64,000 bases of DNA from Lama guanicoe (Eukaryota), in assembly GCA_013239625.1 (NCBI GenBank), contig MU053513.1, positions 206,370 through 270,369 of the forward strand, written 5' to 3'. The notes under the pieces are model-generated. The model was not told the origin of the DNA and ran no database searches. It saw only the letters and a list, made by a program, of their open reading frames with translations. This document shows positions 11,468 through 24,639 of the stretch, piece by piece; the first letter of the stretch is position 1, and the number at the start of each line of letters is the position of its first letter. The position numbers were made by a program, and so were the translations under genes.

Positions 11468-14400
11468 TGTGTCTTTTTTCATTTCACACATGCTGAGTGT
11501 TAAAAAGCCCTGAACACTTGAACAATGTCAGTGGATTAGGCAGACAGGGAATATAAATGACAGAGGTATCCTAGAAATCACTCTATAAGAGAACATAACT
11601 GTCTGCACTAAAACTAGAGAAAATAGCAGATATTGTTCAGTCCAATGATTTCGAAAAGGTAGCTAAATACTGGTGGGGTCCGAGAGGCTAGTCATCAAGG
11701 CAGAGCTGGAATGATTTTTTTTTGCTTTTCAATAAGAACCCAAGGGAAACCACTAGTTAGGTAACTGGACCGATTACCGGTTAGCAAAATAACTAGGTAA
11801 ATTCTAATTTACAAGTCAGTTCTTGGCACATGAATAGAGAGTAAGCAAAAGACAGATAAGAACTAGAAAGATAAGAATTTCAGAGTATATAAAACAAGGT
11901 AGATGGTTTAAAATAACAATAATAATAAAAAAGAACTCAGAAACCTGAATTATCTTCAGCATATTTGGTCCTGATCTTTTTCCAGAAAGTATTTACCCAA
12001 AGGCTTCAGGGCCCCTTCTGGCTACAGTTGACCCTGGGGCCACCCACAGGCAGTAAATGTTACAAAATAGGGCAGGGATCAAACATCCCTGCTACAGAAT
12101 CAGAGATCATCCATCTCATGCTTAAGAATGCCTTTTCCCCTCCTCTGATTTCCCCAACTCTGCATCTCACTTCCTCATACCACAGCTCATTTCATGATTC
12201 AGTCTGCCTAGGGCAATTGTGCCTGCTCGCCTTTGAGTCCTGCACTGACCTTCAAGATTTGATGGTCATTTCTTTCTTCCTTCCCATCCTTCCTTTTCAT
12301 GTAATGAGACGTGATTTCCATAAAGATAGGGATGACTTCGAGGTGCTCAATACATACTCCTGTTGACTGAACGGATTTATTCCTGTATTCAGGAAATATT
12401 TTTTTGCATTCTTCAGCTCTCTGTGCTTTATTCCCCTCTTCCCATGTAAAAGGGGATAGAATTGAATTTAGCCAGGGTTGTTGTGAAGACTGAGAAAAAA
12501 TAAACAAAGTGCTTAGCACAGGATGAGCATTATAAGAAGGTTTGCCATCATAGTTATTGTCCCTACAGTTAACCAGTCAAATGGCTTCTGAATCCCAGCC
12601 CCGCCATCTTGCCCATCTCTCGACCTCACTGATATATCACACAAGCCAGAAAGTTGAAGATGTGCAGAAACTGGGGGGAAGCTATGGAGTAGGGCGGACA
12701 GATATCTAGCTCTTGTAATAAGAAATCACCTTTACCACTGAGATAGGATTTTGTCTGTTTGCTTGACTTTTTCTTTTTGGCTACGAACTCAGAGGTTTAA
12801 CATAGTGTCTGTGAATATAAGAAGCAATCCCAGCATGCCCCGCAAGGCAGAACTGGTCATTAAGAACACCTGGCTCAGGTGGAGGGCAGATCTACGTGCA
12901 GATGAAAGCAGCTGATGCCAGCAGGCAGCCCCTGATGTTGGTAACATGAAGTCGGGCATGGCATAGTTGAACTGTTCCTAAAGCTGTTCCTGTAATATGC
13001 CCAGTCTTCCTCTCCACTTCATGTTGCCCTGCACTCCAACTGTTACGTTCCTCTGAATTTTTGGTTTCAGCTGTGTGTAGGACTGGTACAAGAAGAGGAG
13101 AATTCTTACTTGGCAAAGTTCATTGCTGCAGGGCTGACATCTGAGACACAAGATATCGTGTTTCTTTCCATTCTGGCTCAAAGATCCCTACAGGATTCTG
13201 GCATAAGCATCCATCGCCTGAAACGGCTAGCAATTCTTTTGCTTGTCCTGATTACAGTGAACCCACCACTAATTCACTTCCCTGCTGGACCCAAGACCCT
13301 GCACTTGCTCACTCCTGTGATGTTAAACTGGAATAACTCAATTGCTTCATCACATGCTACTCAGACCAAAATTTAAAGTATTATCTTGCAGCAGTAACTA
13401 CAATCTCATACAAAATAACTGACGATGAATAATTTAACCAGTGGACAAACCGAGAAAAGGTGTTGGTCACACAAAAAGACCTGGAAAAAGAAAATGCAAC
13501 CAATATAAATGACTTAGACATTTATAAGATAAAGAAAAAATTGTATTGTGATTACTATGAAATTTACAACTGCGTAGCACTTAATTACATAGGAACTCAA
13601 AATTTTTTTTCCTGGTTGAGATATTGGTACTTAGCAATGCCACTAAAAAAACAAACAAGTGAAAATAAACAAACAAACAAACAAACAAAAAAACTAACCA
13701 GAAATCCGTTAGAGTAAGAAAACATGAGAGGAAGGAGATAAATTTCTTATCATTTAAATTATGTGAAATTCTAAGAAGAATGAAGCAAAAAGAATGAACT
13801 TCAGCTAGCCTCTTTGTCTGACTGAGGAGTTCTTAAGTGTGAAAATAACTTCTGCATCTCCTTCTGAATGCTTTCATATTGAGAATGAGGTGGCTGTGAG
13901 TGGAGAAAGAGTGTAAAGTCTCAGGTCTCTGATAGAGAAAGCTTTCCCCCATCTTGAGAGCTTAACCCTAGGAGCAAGATGTTATAACCTGTGCCTCGTA
14001 AGACAGAAGCACCCGATGTAGAGCGAACTGGATTTGGACAGACCCACATCGCTCCCCATCCAAGGATTTAGTTTAAAATGGAGTCCAAATTGTATCTTTA
14101 GCAATTGTAGAAAATGGAAGGAAGAAAGGCTTTTCGACCCGATCCTTTGAGTGATATAGAAACAAATCTCTTCTTTCAAACTGCATTAAGGGGTGTCAAG
14201 TACCCAGAATCCATTTAATATATTGCTTCTTTCTAGTGACCAGAAAGAGTTAGGATCCCTGTAAAGAGCAAGCAGTTCTCCACCCTCTGGGCAGCAGGAT
14301 GTGGGATGAGTTATTAGGAGAAATATGAAGCGCAGCAGTGAATAGAGAAGGGGGGGCAGATTAGCCAACACTTTTCAGGGATGAATACCACCTCATAAGA

Positions 14401-16944
14401 TGTACTTATTAAAACAATAATAGACACACATATAACCACACAAAGAGACCTGGACACATAGCAAGTGTGAGAGTAATTATTGAAAATAAAATGAGGCTGT
14501 GAAAAGAACTGTAACAAAATCTACAAGTGCATTTCCAGCATGACACCATGAGAATCTATCAACACTCCTTTCTGTGATCTGTTCTCGGGTGACTTTTTCA
14601 TTCCTTTGACATGTTGTAGAAGTCATGTTGTAGGAGGGGTAAAGAAAGAGAAATTATTGATGGTCAACTCTGTAGACACAACCTAGACAGGAATTCTTTC
14701 CTTTCGATTGTCTTCCTCCTTCTTATATACCTGAAATGATTAACTGTGGTGGCATCCAATTATACTCTAATTATATCAAGTCCTTTCTACAAACCTATCT
14801 TTTTAATATAAAGTAAAATAAAAAGTCTTATCAAATGCAATTTATAAAATAGTGATAGATAAGCTGTTTTTAATATATTTTCTTATTATATTCACATTGC
14901 ATCCCAATTAACCTAAGTAAATTTTATATAAACCTAACTTAAAAACTTAATCCTTACTATATTTAGTTAAATTAAGTGTTTGTATTTTCATCTGTATCTC
15001 AACATAGGAAACATATATTGTGATCAAATATATTTTATTAACAATCTTCACCATTTAGTATCATTATTCAATATAACATATTTATGCATTAACAAAAATA
15101 TTTTTGAGACATTTTATTCCAAAAATTACACAAAGTGTTTACTGTATGGCTGTATCTTCAAGTGTATTATTAATGTGCTATTTTCAGCCAATGAGACTAA
15201 TAGGATGATATTGGACACCTACTGCCTAGTTTCTGGCATAGAGTAGATGTTCAAGAATCATGTATCTTTCATAGGACACTTACTGGTAAGAATTTATCTT
15301 CCTTTTATTACCTCATAGTATATAATATGGTTTCCTTATATTAGCCAATTTCATACAGGTATTCACTATTCTAAAACTTCAGATAATCCTTGAGGCAAGT
15401 GCCACTTATATTATTTAAAAGAATCTTTCAAAGCCTCAGAAAGATAGTCATGTACAGGTTAAGTTTTTAATAAGTGATACTTGAATCAAATAAAGGACTC
15501 ATTGAACAAGTTCCAAATGCCTAGAATTTCAGCATCTCTACCCATCAGATACCAGGAAGAAAGCTACTGGACCAATATTAACTAATTGGTCAATTAGATA
15601 ATATTTAAAGAATCTCAAGACAAATGGGGGTAGAATGGTGTGCAAATTTTTTAACTGTAATCTAAAAGTACAGTTTTATTTGAGTCTAACATTTGCAAGT
15701 AAAAATATGACTTTTTTTCTCCTTTGGAGTTGTATTTCTTAGAAATGTCACTTCTGATATCTTTTAAATGTAGATTCAGTTAATTTTTAAATGTATTTTA
15801 AATACTTGCATTGCCTTAAACATGAAATTTCACATCAATTTGAAGTACTCAAGGAATTATTATTGCTATTGTAGCCATTCTTATTATTTTGCTGAACATG
15901 AACAAGGTAATACTATGCATTTCCATCCAAGTAGTTATGAACAAGTCATTCTAAAATTGGAGAATATAAGGGAGCTACACTATGGAGGGCTGCATTGAGT
16001 CTCATTTTTGTATCTTTGAAGATGATATAAAGCTATTAATTATTATATCAACCTATAGATTCACTAATTCCTTTTACTATGCCTTTAACACATTTTGAAC
16101 CATTTTATTTTCTTAATGGAGCCTCAGAATGTTTGATTTGTTCAGCACTGGCCCTGTAAACTGTCACAATGTTGTATGGTAGTGTTAGTGAAGTAGTCCG
16201 CTGTGCTGCTGTTCTGAGCTCTCCAGTAAATACTGTGGATTATTTAAACAGTTTCTATATATCACACAGATTTGTACATTTTTATGTGGCTATACATATT
16301 TATAAGTTTTTTTAAAGAATCATTTTGTTTACTTGTACAGTTCAAGTTTATTGGGAAATATATATTTATGAATGTTTTAAACCGTATTACAGATTTTATG
16401 AATACTCATTTAGTTACTTAGCCCCAAACTCTTGGAAATTTCTTTGCCACCAATGATTGCACATTTAATTTATGATAAACACTTTACAAAGTTCAACTTT
16501 GTAGATCTTCTCTTTTCAAATAACAATAATAAGGATTGCTAGATGGTAATTCATATTTGATTTTAGAAATCACTTGGGAACGTTCTTAAAAAAGCACATA
16601 GGATAGTGATAAAACAATTTCTAACTAGAAATAATTCAAAGTTACTGGAAGGCAGGAACTTTTAAGATGTTCTGTTGTCTACTCTTTGAAACCTAGCAGA
16701 ATGCTGAGCCTCATTCATTCAGGAGAATATTTACTGTGTGCCTACTTTGCTGCAGGAAAAAAAAATGGGAATACAAAAATGAAAAAGATATTCACCATTC
16801 TCCAGCTGTCTATATTCAAATATCATTAAAATTGGCTATTAATGTGATTTATATCATTATAACGCTGTAACACATGTTAAGTTATGACATCTATAAACAC
16901 TCTATTATTTAAAGATATTTCATTATAACTTGGCAAGGTCTGGA

Positions 16945-17880
16945 GGAATGTGCCACTCCAGTTACCATTTGATTTTTTTCCTCATCTTCACAGCCAAACT
17001 TTTTAATGAGTTCTCATTACTCATTATTTTTATTGCCTCACCTCCCATTTACAAGTCAACAAACTATTTTCTGAATTCCACTTAGCACTTCATCAAAACC
17101 ACTTCAACAAAAATTTCCAGGGACTTCGAGGTTACTAAACCCAATGAATGTTTACCACCTCACTTCTTCCTTAGCTTATCAGCAGTCTTTGGGACAACTC
17201 CTTCCTTTTTGAAACATGCCCTTCCCCCGGCTTTCATAACATGACCATACCCTGGTTTTCCTTCTATTTCTTTGGATGCTAATGCTGGTTCATTTGTATT
17301 TTTATTCCTTTCTACCAGCAGCTAAAACAGCTCGGTTTCTCAAGGCTTTGTCCTGCACCCTTTTAGGTTTCCATCTATCTCATTGTTTCCTCCAATTCCA
17401 AGATTCAAAGACATATCAAGCAGTAGATGAAGAAAGAACTGTTACCCCCACCATCACCACCACTCCAAACTGGTCATCCTTTTGTGTTTTCGACCCTAGG
17501 AAATGGCACCATCATCCACCCAGTTGCTTCACTCAGAAACCTACAGCCTTTATCATCTAATTCTCCCTCACCCTCATCTCCAGTCCATCCCCAAATCCTG
17601 AATATCTCTAAATGGACCATTTCTCCACTGTCTTCAGCTTTACCATCTTAATAAACATTACAGTTAGCTCTCATCTGGACTACTGCAATACTCTACCATG
17701 TGATCTCCCCTTATCTGATCTGCCCAGCCCTCTCCCATGTTAGACAAAGTAATCTTTCCAAAAAACATTCTGTGTGTATATCAATTCCTTGTACTCACAC
17801 CTTCCTTCACTCTCCACTGGGAACTGAAACTCTCCAGTTACGTTCTGATGCTCTTTGGATAAAGAACAAAATCTTTAAAC
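16945..17880 (+). mobile_element. L2 LINE relic
   Basis: Pyrimidine-rich L2-type text (ctaaacccaatg...tcagcagtc...aaatggcaccatcatccacccagttgct...tctcatctggactactgcaata). Confidence 0.75.
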
Positions 17881-17964
17881 CAATAGAGTATAAATAATTA
17901 CTTGCTGATGATGTTTTTATTATAAATGACCACGAAGTTCACCTTGAAACAATTATATTACACA

Positions 17965-18175
17965 GAAATGACCTTATTTCCAAGATGCAAAGTTTTTCAT
18001 ATATTAGTATTTCAAAAATTAGAGACATTCCAAATGACTTTAAAATTAGAATATGCCTTAAAGTTTATGTGTAATTTTGATGCGATAGGATTTCTTTCTT
18101 CATTTTTAAATCTTTCACATGAAAAGTAGTTATAGTGTACTTTAAAATGTATAACATCTTAAATAAAAAATACAT
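17965..18175. mobile_element. Degraded Tc2/MER104-like DNA transposon relic
   Basis: ttccaagatgcaaagtttttcatatattag... and ...catcttaaataaaaaatac resemble MER104/Kanga termini; weak. Confidence 0.35.
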
Positions 18176-19364
18176 AATTGCTTAGTAAGATAATTAATTA
18201 TAAAGCAAATTGAATTTAATAGCATTCATCTACATCAAAAAAAAACTAAATATATTCAGTTAATAAATATAGCAAAACCCCTAAAATCCGATTGCCAATA
18301 TCTCAATTATATAACACAAATTAGAATAACATTAATGAAAATTTGTACGACAACTATAATAGAAATCATAAATCTTTACACAGGAGCAAAAAAGATTTTA
18401 GTAAATGAAGAGATGTCTTACAAAAAAACCTGGCTAAACTAAAAAGAGAACAGATTTTTTAAATTCAGGGTGTTTCAAGTAAACCAGCTTACAACAGGGT
18501 TTCAGGAAGAGAAGAAACAGAAATCTCTCAATTTCATATCTCATTGTGTGTTTTTAGGTATAATCAGCCCCTAGAATTACAGCTCGTACTTAGTTTCTCA
18601 AATTTTTCAGAACTTCTCAAATAAAGAATAGGTGCTTACAATTTGAAATATCCTATATATATGTACATACAGAGATAATTAGTTAAGAAATAATGAGGCA
18701 AGAATCCACTGAGTGTAATTCTTAAAAAGACACAATGTGCGTGTGCAAATGCATGTTCCTTGGTCCCATCCCAACGTCTTATGCATCTTAAGATGTATCC
18801 TAAAATTTTTTAATTACCTTAAATCTGGTGAGGCAGCTTTCTGGGAAGCTAACAAAAAGGCTCAGGAAATTAGCCTCGATGGACATGTAGATTTGTTTTT
18901 CCTCATTTTTAAGTTAATTTAATGCATCATGTGAGCCTAAAGGGATTTCTAGCAGGATCTAAATACATCATTATTCTGTAAAGTTATAGATGTTCATGTA
19001 AAATGCACTGATTAAAAGTCATTTGATACTGATGAGTTTTTTTTTAATTGGCCATCTTCATGAAAAAGTCTTAGATAACCTAAAATTGCACTGCTCAATT
19101 CCCATTAGCTGGATGAGAAAATCTTGAATATAAGTCACTTCATAAAAGGATAAGAGTAACATATTTCAGAAATCTCAGGATCCTGCTGGTTCTAGCTTAT
19201 TTGCTTAAAGCAGGCACAGTACAGTTAATGAATTCTAGGGTCTGACCTGATGCCTAAGAAAATGGGCATCAGGGCTTATGCAGGATGTTTTGGGGAAATG
19301 GCAATTGGACCTTCTCCCTTTGCTGCTACTTCTACTTCTTTCTAAAACTGCAAAACTAAATGGC

Positions 19365-20280
19365 ACAGAAATACACAAAATTAAATATATGACATAATGA
19401 ATTATTAATACCTTTTTCTTCTCCTACCCAGATCAAGAAATAAAACTTTACCAATCAACCCTGAAGCCCCTTGCAAGGGCCTGGTTCCAGTCACTGCCTG
19501 CTTTAATCTCTCTTCTCCCTCAGTAACTGCATTCCAAAAAGGAGAAACATCCATTGTTGGCGTGATGTTCTTCTTTGTATTATTTTAATTCACTTTTCTT
19601 GAACTTTTGGAGTAAGTCGGTGTTTAGGAAATTTTTTTAATTTTTTTTTTCCAGTTTCACACTCTTGTGTTGTTTTTGAGTAGCAGTCAAACACATGGTG
19701 AACTTTCCCCCTGATTTTGCTGAGTTCTCCTCTCCCATTTTGGTCAGGACCTCCCCTCTTCTTTCTCCTTGTTGTTCCTCTATTCCTCAGCTTTGATTCT
19801 ACTCCCCGTGTTTCTCCTCAGTATGGGCCCTGATATGTAAGTCAGCCCTTACTCACATCGTTTTTGAGAGTTCCGAGGTGAAACTGCTCCAACTCCTTTG
19901 GATATTTTTACTCTGTGGCTCTTGTACTCACCCATCACTTGGCATGAGCAAAACTCCTAATTTTGACTGTTCTTCCCATGTAGGTCAGCTGAGGTTGCCA
20001 GTAAATACACATTAGCTTTCTTGGGACTCTCCTGTTGTCAGGACGGCCACCTGGTGGTAGCTGTTTTCTTTTTCCTCCTAAGAGACACCAGTAATACACA
20101 GGTCATATAGCTATTGGTGATTTATCTGCACTCTTGTATTTTAGAATCCATTGGGATTCCTTGTCACCTAGTTTTGTTGTAAATGTTGCCTCTGGTTTTT
20201 GGCTCTTAAGTCTAGTTGCTTGCATGCAGGGATTCAGAGAGATTGCGAAGCCATGCCATCACCAGAATCTTCCCAAAATA
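19365..20280 (-). mobile_element. Old L1M fragments
   Basis: acccagatcaagaaataaaac...cctgaagcccc (old L1 3'-end type) and ttgtcacctagttttgttgtaaatgttg (old L1 5'-end type). Confidence 0.5.
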
Positions 20281-20779
20281 TACACCTAGGAACTTTATCA
20301 GTAGTCACTAACTAAACTTTATTGAGCACTTACTATGTGTCAGTCACTGGGCTGAACGCTTTACTCACATTTTGTCATTTAGCACTCACAGAAGACTTAC
20401 GAAGCCAGTAATTTCACTAGCTACATTTTAATAATTATACAAGTTTATCAGGAATAAATACAATAACTTGCCAAATGCTAGACAAGTACAGTTATCTAAG
20501 GCTGAATTCTAACATAGAGAGTCTGATTCCATAGCTCACATTCTCAGTGAATATAAAATACTTTTCCAAAAAAAAAAAAGAATGAAATAATTAGCCTCTG
20601 AATCTAAAATAATGAAAAAGTCAAGACAACTCGTCAAAATAACATGCTAGTGGAAATGCATAGTACTGTCAAAAACATCTCCGGTGAGGACAGGGCTTAT
20701 TGGTAGGAAAGAGCAGTAAGACTTCGAGTACAGGGCGTGTGCAAACGAGGAAGAGACAGTGAATGCCAAGGACGCTCAC

Positions 20780-20927
20780 TTTTTTTTTTTTAAGACATTA
20801 TCTTTTTTTGGCGGCGAAAAGGCAATTAGGTTTTTATTTATTTATTTTTAATGGAGGTACTGGGGGATGAACCCAGGATCTTATGCGTGCTGGGCACCCA
20901 GTCTACCACTGAGCTATACTCTGCCCC
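20780..20927 (-). mobile_element. vic-1-type camelid tRNA-derived SINE
   Basis: Reverse complement: ggggcagagtatagctcagtggtaga...cctgggttcatcccccagtacctccattaaaataaataataaaaaacctaattgcc plus poly(A); A/B-box head and vic-1 tail. Confidence 0.9.
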
Positions 20928-23452
20928 TCAGGAAACTTGCTTTTTGATTTTTGCCAGAGACAGGCCTGGAGTCTGCCCTAAAAGAGCTTGTAACTGAGAG
21001 AGAGAAAACCAAAAATTTAACAAATAAAACAACCAAATATACTGCAAAGATGAATTTTAAACACCAGCCTTTCAAAAACAGTTGCACTGACTCTGTGAGT
21101 CATATGCCCTCTGCTATGCAAGGAGGGATAATTCATCTGGCATATTTCCTTCCCTCAGAGATGTTTCAATTTAGTAAGAAAGATAGGATGTGTTCATGAA
21201 TAACTTAAGATAGTAAATAATAAGAACCATTTATTGCTACAAATAATATAGGCTTTCGGAGTTTAGAAGAAGGGCGTAGCACGTGTGACTAGGGTAGTAA
21301 CAAGAGTGTAAATTGGAGCTCAGAGGTTAAGTCAGACCTTAAAAGAAAATGAGAACCAGGGTCATAAAAGGACGGAGGTGGTGACTGTGGGATGGTAACA
21401 GCCAGTAGATGTTTTCAGGACCAAAAAAGAGCCTACAAGACTGGTTAAACAGTTTGTCCTGATTTGACAGATTGAGAAACAAGACTTTTTAAATAGAGGG
21501 TAAAACAATTAAGGTCATTACTTACATTTAGAAGTGGAGGAATCTGAAAGGGAAAGAGGGAAACAAAAAAAAAGAGAGAGAGAGAAAGAGACAAAAAGCT
21601 TAGCAGGAGACCCTGGACAATGGCTTCCAGGAAGCTGGGGTGGTGGATAGTCATGGGGTGCGTTGAATGCCAGAGGTCTATCCAAAGGCTGGATAGGGTG
21701 CATCCATTTACATAATCATAGGAACTGTGAAAAGAGATGAATTGTATTCCCTGACACTCACAGTGATCTATGTTCACCCCTAAGCTTTCCCATAGTACCA
21801 GGCTTTCAGAGTGTCCTTGAGAAAGCTGTTCTTTACTGATCATCTGCCACCGATCATATTCAAGGCCAAGCAGCCCTGGAGGTTATTCCTAAAGGTCTTT
21901 TAATCAGGGCTCATATCAGGTAAGATGGCTTCACAGTTCTAAATCTCAGGAGCTGCCTTGGTAATAGAGACATAAAGTGCCATTTTAATGCTAATAAACA
22001 CATTCCTGCTGTCACAAACCTCAGAAAAGTTATAAAAAGGAGGATTCAGGATGCTGACAAGATGAACTGCATCAGATCTAGGTAGGTAACCCAGACTCAA
22101 TTTTAATATAATTTTGCATAGGAAACAGTTCTGTAAGGTAGAAAAGTTATAATGCTGCCCTTAGGTAAAACAAAAAAGGGAAAAGAATGACCATTCTTCT
22201 GTTATTTCAACTGGAGTCTCTGATATTTTGAGATATTTTGACTACAGATACTAGCCACAGAAAATATGTCTTCTCTCTCTAATATAAGGAATTGTTCAGT
22301 CTTTGGAAAGTTGAAAAGCGTTATTTTTCAGAAGGAAATTTCAGAGTTTATATCCTCATAAAATGCAGTTATAGTATTTAAGGATATACATTTACATAGA
22401 TTTTGGCACATTCATCTCCTTGTGTATTTCCTGGAATACATAAATGGGCACATATTTTATATGGTCTTTAAATACATCTAAAGCAAATATAGGAAATAGA
22501 ACCTTAAAATTAGTTTTATATTCAATAACCGGCCAAAAAGCAAAATGTCAATCATGTTTTCTAGCTGTATGCTGTAATTCCAATCAAAAAGAAATGGCTG
22601 TTTCACAATTTGATTTTAGGAGAGTGCTAGATCAATGTTATTGACTTAAGAGAGTCGTTCATTATTTATTTTAAATTTTGTTTATTACTCAAGTTTAGAT
22701 GGGAAACTACAACTGTCTAAATTAATATTAGGCAAATTGAGTATTTACCCTGAGGCAGCAAAATTGGACTTTGTCAGGAAGCTTATTTGAGAAGTTTGTA
22801 TGCTATAAAATGCTGAAAATTGACCATTAAAGGGAAGGAATCTACAGTCTTTACTCCCCACCAGAGCGTAGTTAAATACAAATAATAAAGGTTGTTATTA
22901 TGTCTTAAGTTCCACATTTCCCATTTGCAGAAAACGGATTCCTGAATGGCAGCTGTCAGAAGGGCTTGGCTTACTGACACCAAGCAGTTGAAAGGTTCTA
23001 ATTGTGTCGTCCTGAAGAAATAGCACTTTTTAGCATGGGATCTCTTTTGCCTAAAGTAGAAGACTCTAAGACCAACAGCCTGCAGCAACTCAACAAAGAT
23101 GCAACTTTAAAACAGAGCTAGATAAACAAAGATTCTGGACAAAAGAGGTTAGAGCCAGAGCAAGGTCTCTTTACATTCATGAAAGCAACTCTCAGCATTG
23201 CTGAAGCAAAATCAGCTGAGGATTGATACCCATTCCTTTGAAAATTAGCTTGGAGGGCTGGTGGGTCACATAAGGATAATCACTCAAAAATTTTTGACAG
23301 CTCCTCTCATTAGTAAATCTTTTCCTATTATTATGCTGACATTTACAAATTCATTTGATGACTCCAAAAGATCTTCCAGGAGATTTTGTTAACTTCCTAC
23401 TCAAAGCATGGGAAGAGCTGAGAGCCCCAGAGCTGAAGCAGTAATGTGATAC

Positions 23453-24639
23453 TGTTAGGTAGTTAGGTAAGTGGGGGCACCAGGCAGGTAGGTGGAGGGG
23501 AGGCAGGATGGTCCCGAAGATGACGTTATGCACACCTCCAGCCTAAAGGGACTTTATTTCTTCTAAATGAGTGCCAGCAAGAAACTGGTTAAAACCCGAC
23601 AGCCAGGACTGTGCTGTAGCAGAAAGGATTTAACCTGATACACACAACCCAATGCTCATTGTATTATAATTAACACTGTGATTTAGTACCCTCCCCCAAT
23701 TGGGTTTTTCTGCATACACCATGAGTAAGGGCCAGTGCAAAAGGGGCCAAACATGACTAAGCACTCCAGGGACAAGAGCTGTCACTCAAGAGAGACCACC
23801 CCTAAGTGAGGATAAGAGAAAGGAGAGACAAAAACTACTGCTTCTCCTCCCTTGGGTCAGCCTGCCTCCCATTCTTGGAGCTGATGCAGGAAATATTGGT
23901 GTGGGGCCTGAGGAGGGCTGTGTCCCAGGCTTCGGTTGAGCCCCTGGGACGTGCCCAGCCAAGTGTGGCTCCTTGGCTTCACGCAGGAAAGAATTCAAGA
24001 GCGAGCCACAGTTGAGTAAAGGTAGATTTATTTAGAGAGATACAGGGAAAGGCAAGAGGAAGGCCACGAGGTGTGGGGGTTGGGTGCTCAGATTAGAATA
24101 AAGTAGGTACACACTCCATAGACAGAGTGCGGGCCATCTCCGGAAAGGGAGAGAGAGCGGGGCAGCCATGAGAAGCACCCTGTTGTCAGTTTTTAAGGGC
24201 TTAGTAACTTCAGATGCTAGTAAGTGGAAGGACCAGTCGAAGTAGCCTGGGGAAGGGGCTGGGATTCCCAGGAAGTTGGCCATTTCCCACTGTGACCTTT
24301 TGTGGCTAGCCTTGGGAGTGTCACGGCGCCTGCCTGCGGGCATGTTATTTACCATGTTAATGTATTACAATGGGCGTACAACGAAGCTCAAGGAAGTCAA
24401 ATCTCCCACCACCTTGAGCCTCAAGGCCTACTGGGGGTTGAATCTTTCGCCATTCTGGTGCTAACTGCTGTGCTAGTCCTTGGACTGCTGGGCCCTGTCC
24501 CCTGCCTGTCCCAGAGGTGTACTTTTTCTTTTCCAAACAAATCTTTTAAAATCTTTCGCTACAACACACCATCTCCTACCTGTAAACTTCTTTCAGGTAT
24601 GACAAGAACTGGGGTCTTTTCCTTTTATGGGGGGTAACA
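23453..24639 (+). mobile_element. ERV1-type solo LTR interrupted by a second LTR
   Basis: TG (tgttaggtag) ... CA (ggggtaaca); near-TSD atac/ataa; removing the insert rejoins cccattcttggag-gtgtactttttcttttccaaacaaatc, a typical ERV1 R region. Confidence 0.8.
23882..24513 (-). mobile_element. MER41-like ERV1 solo LTR (nested)
   Basis: TG...CA, near-TSD gagc/gagg; blocks gcaggaaagaattcaagagcgag, actccatagacagag, ggggaaggggctgggattcccaggaa, tgtcacggcgc...catgttaatgtattacaat are collinear with the MER41B consensus as I recall it. Confidence 0.8.

Noticed and set aside
20850..20927. tRNA gene
   Set aside because: It is the tRNA-derived head of the vic-1 SINE, with SINE tail and poly(A).
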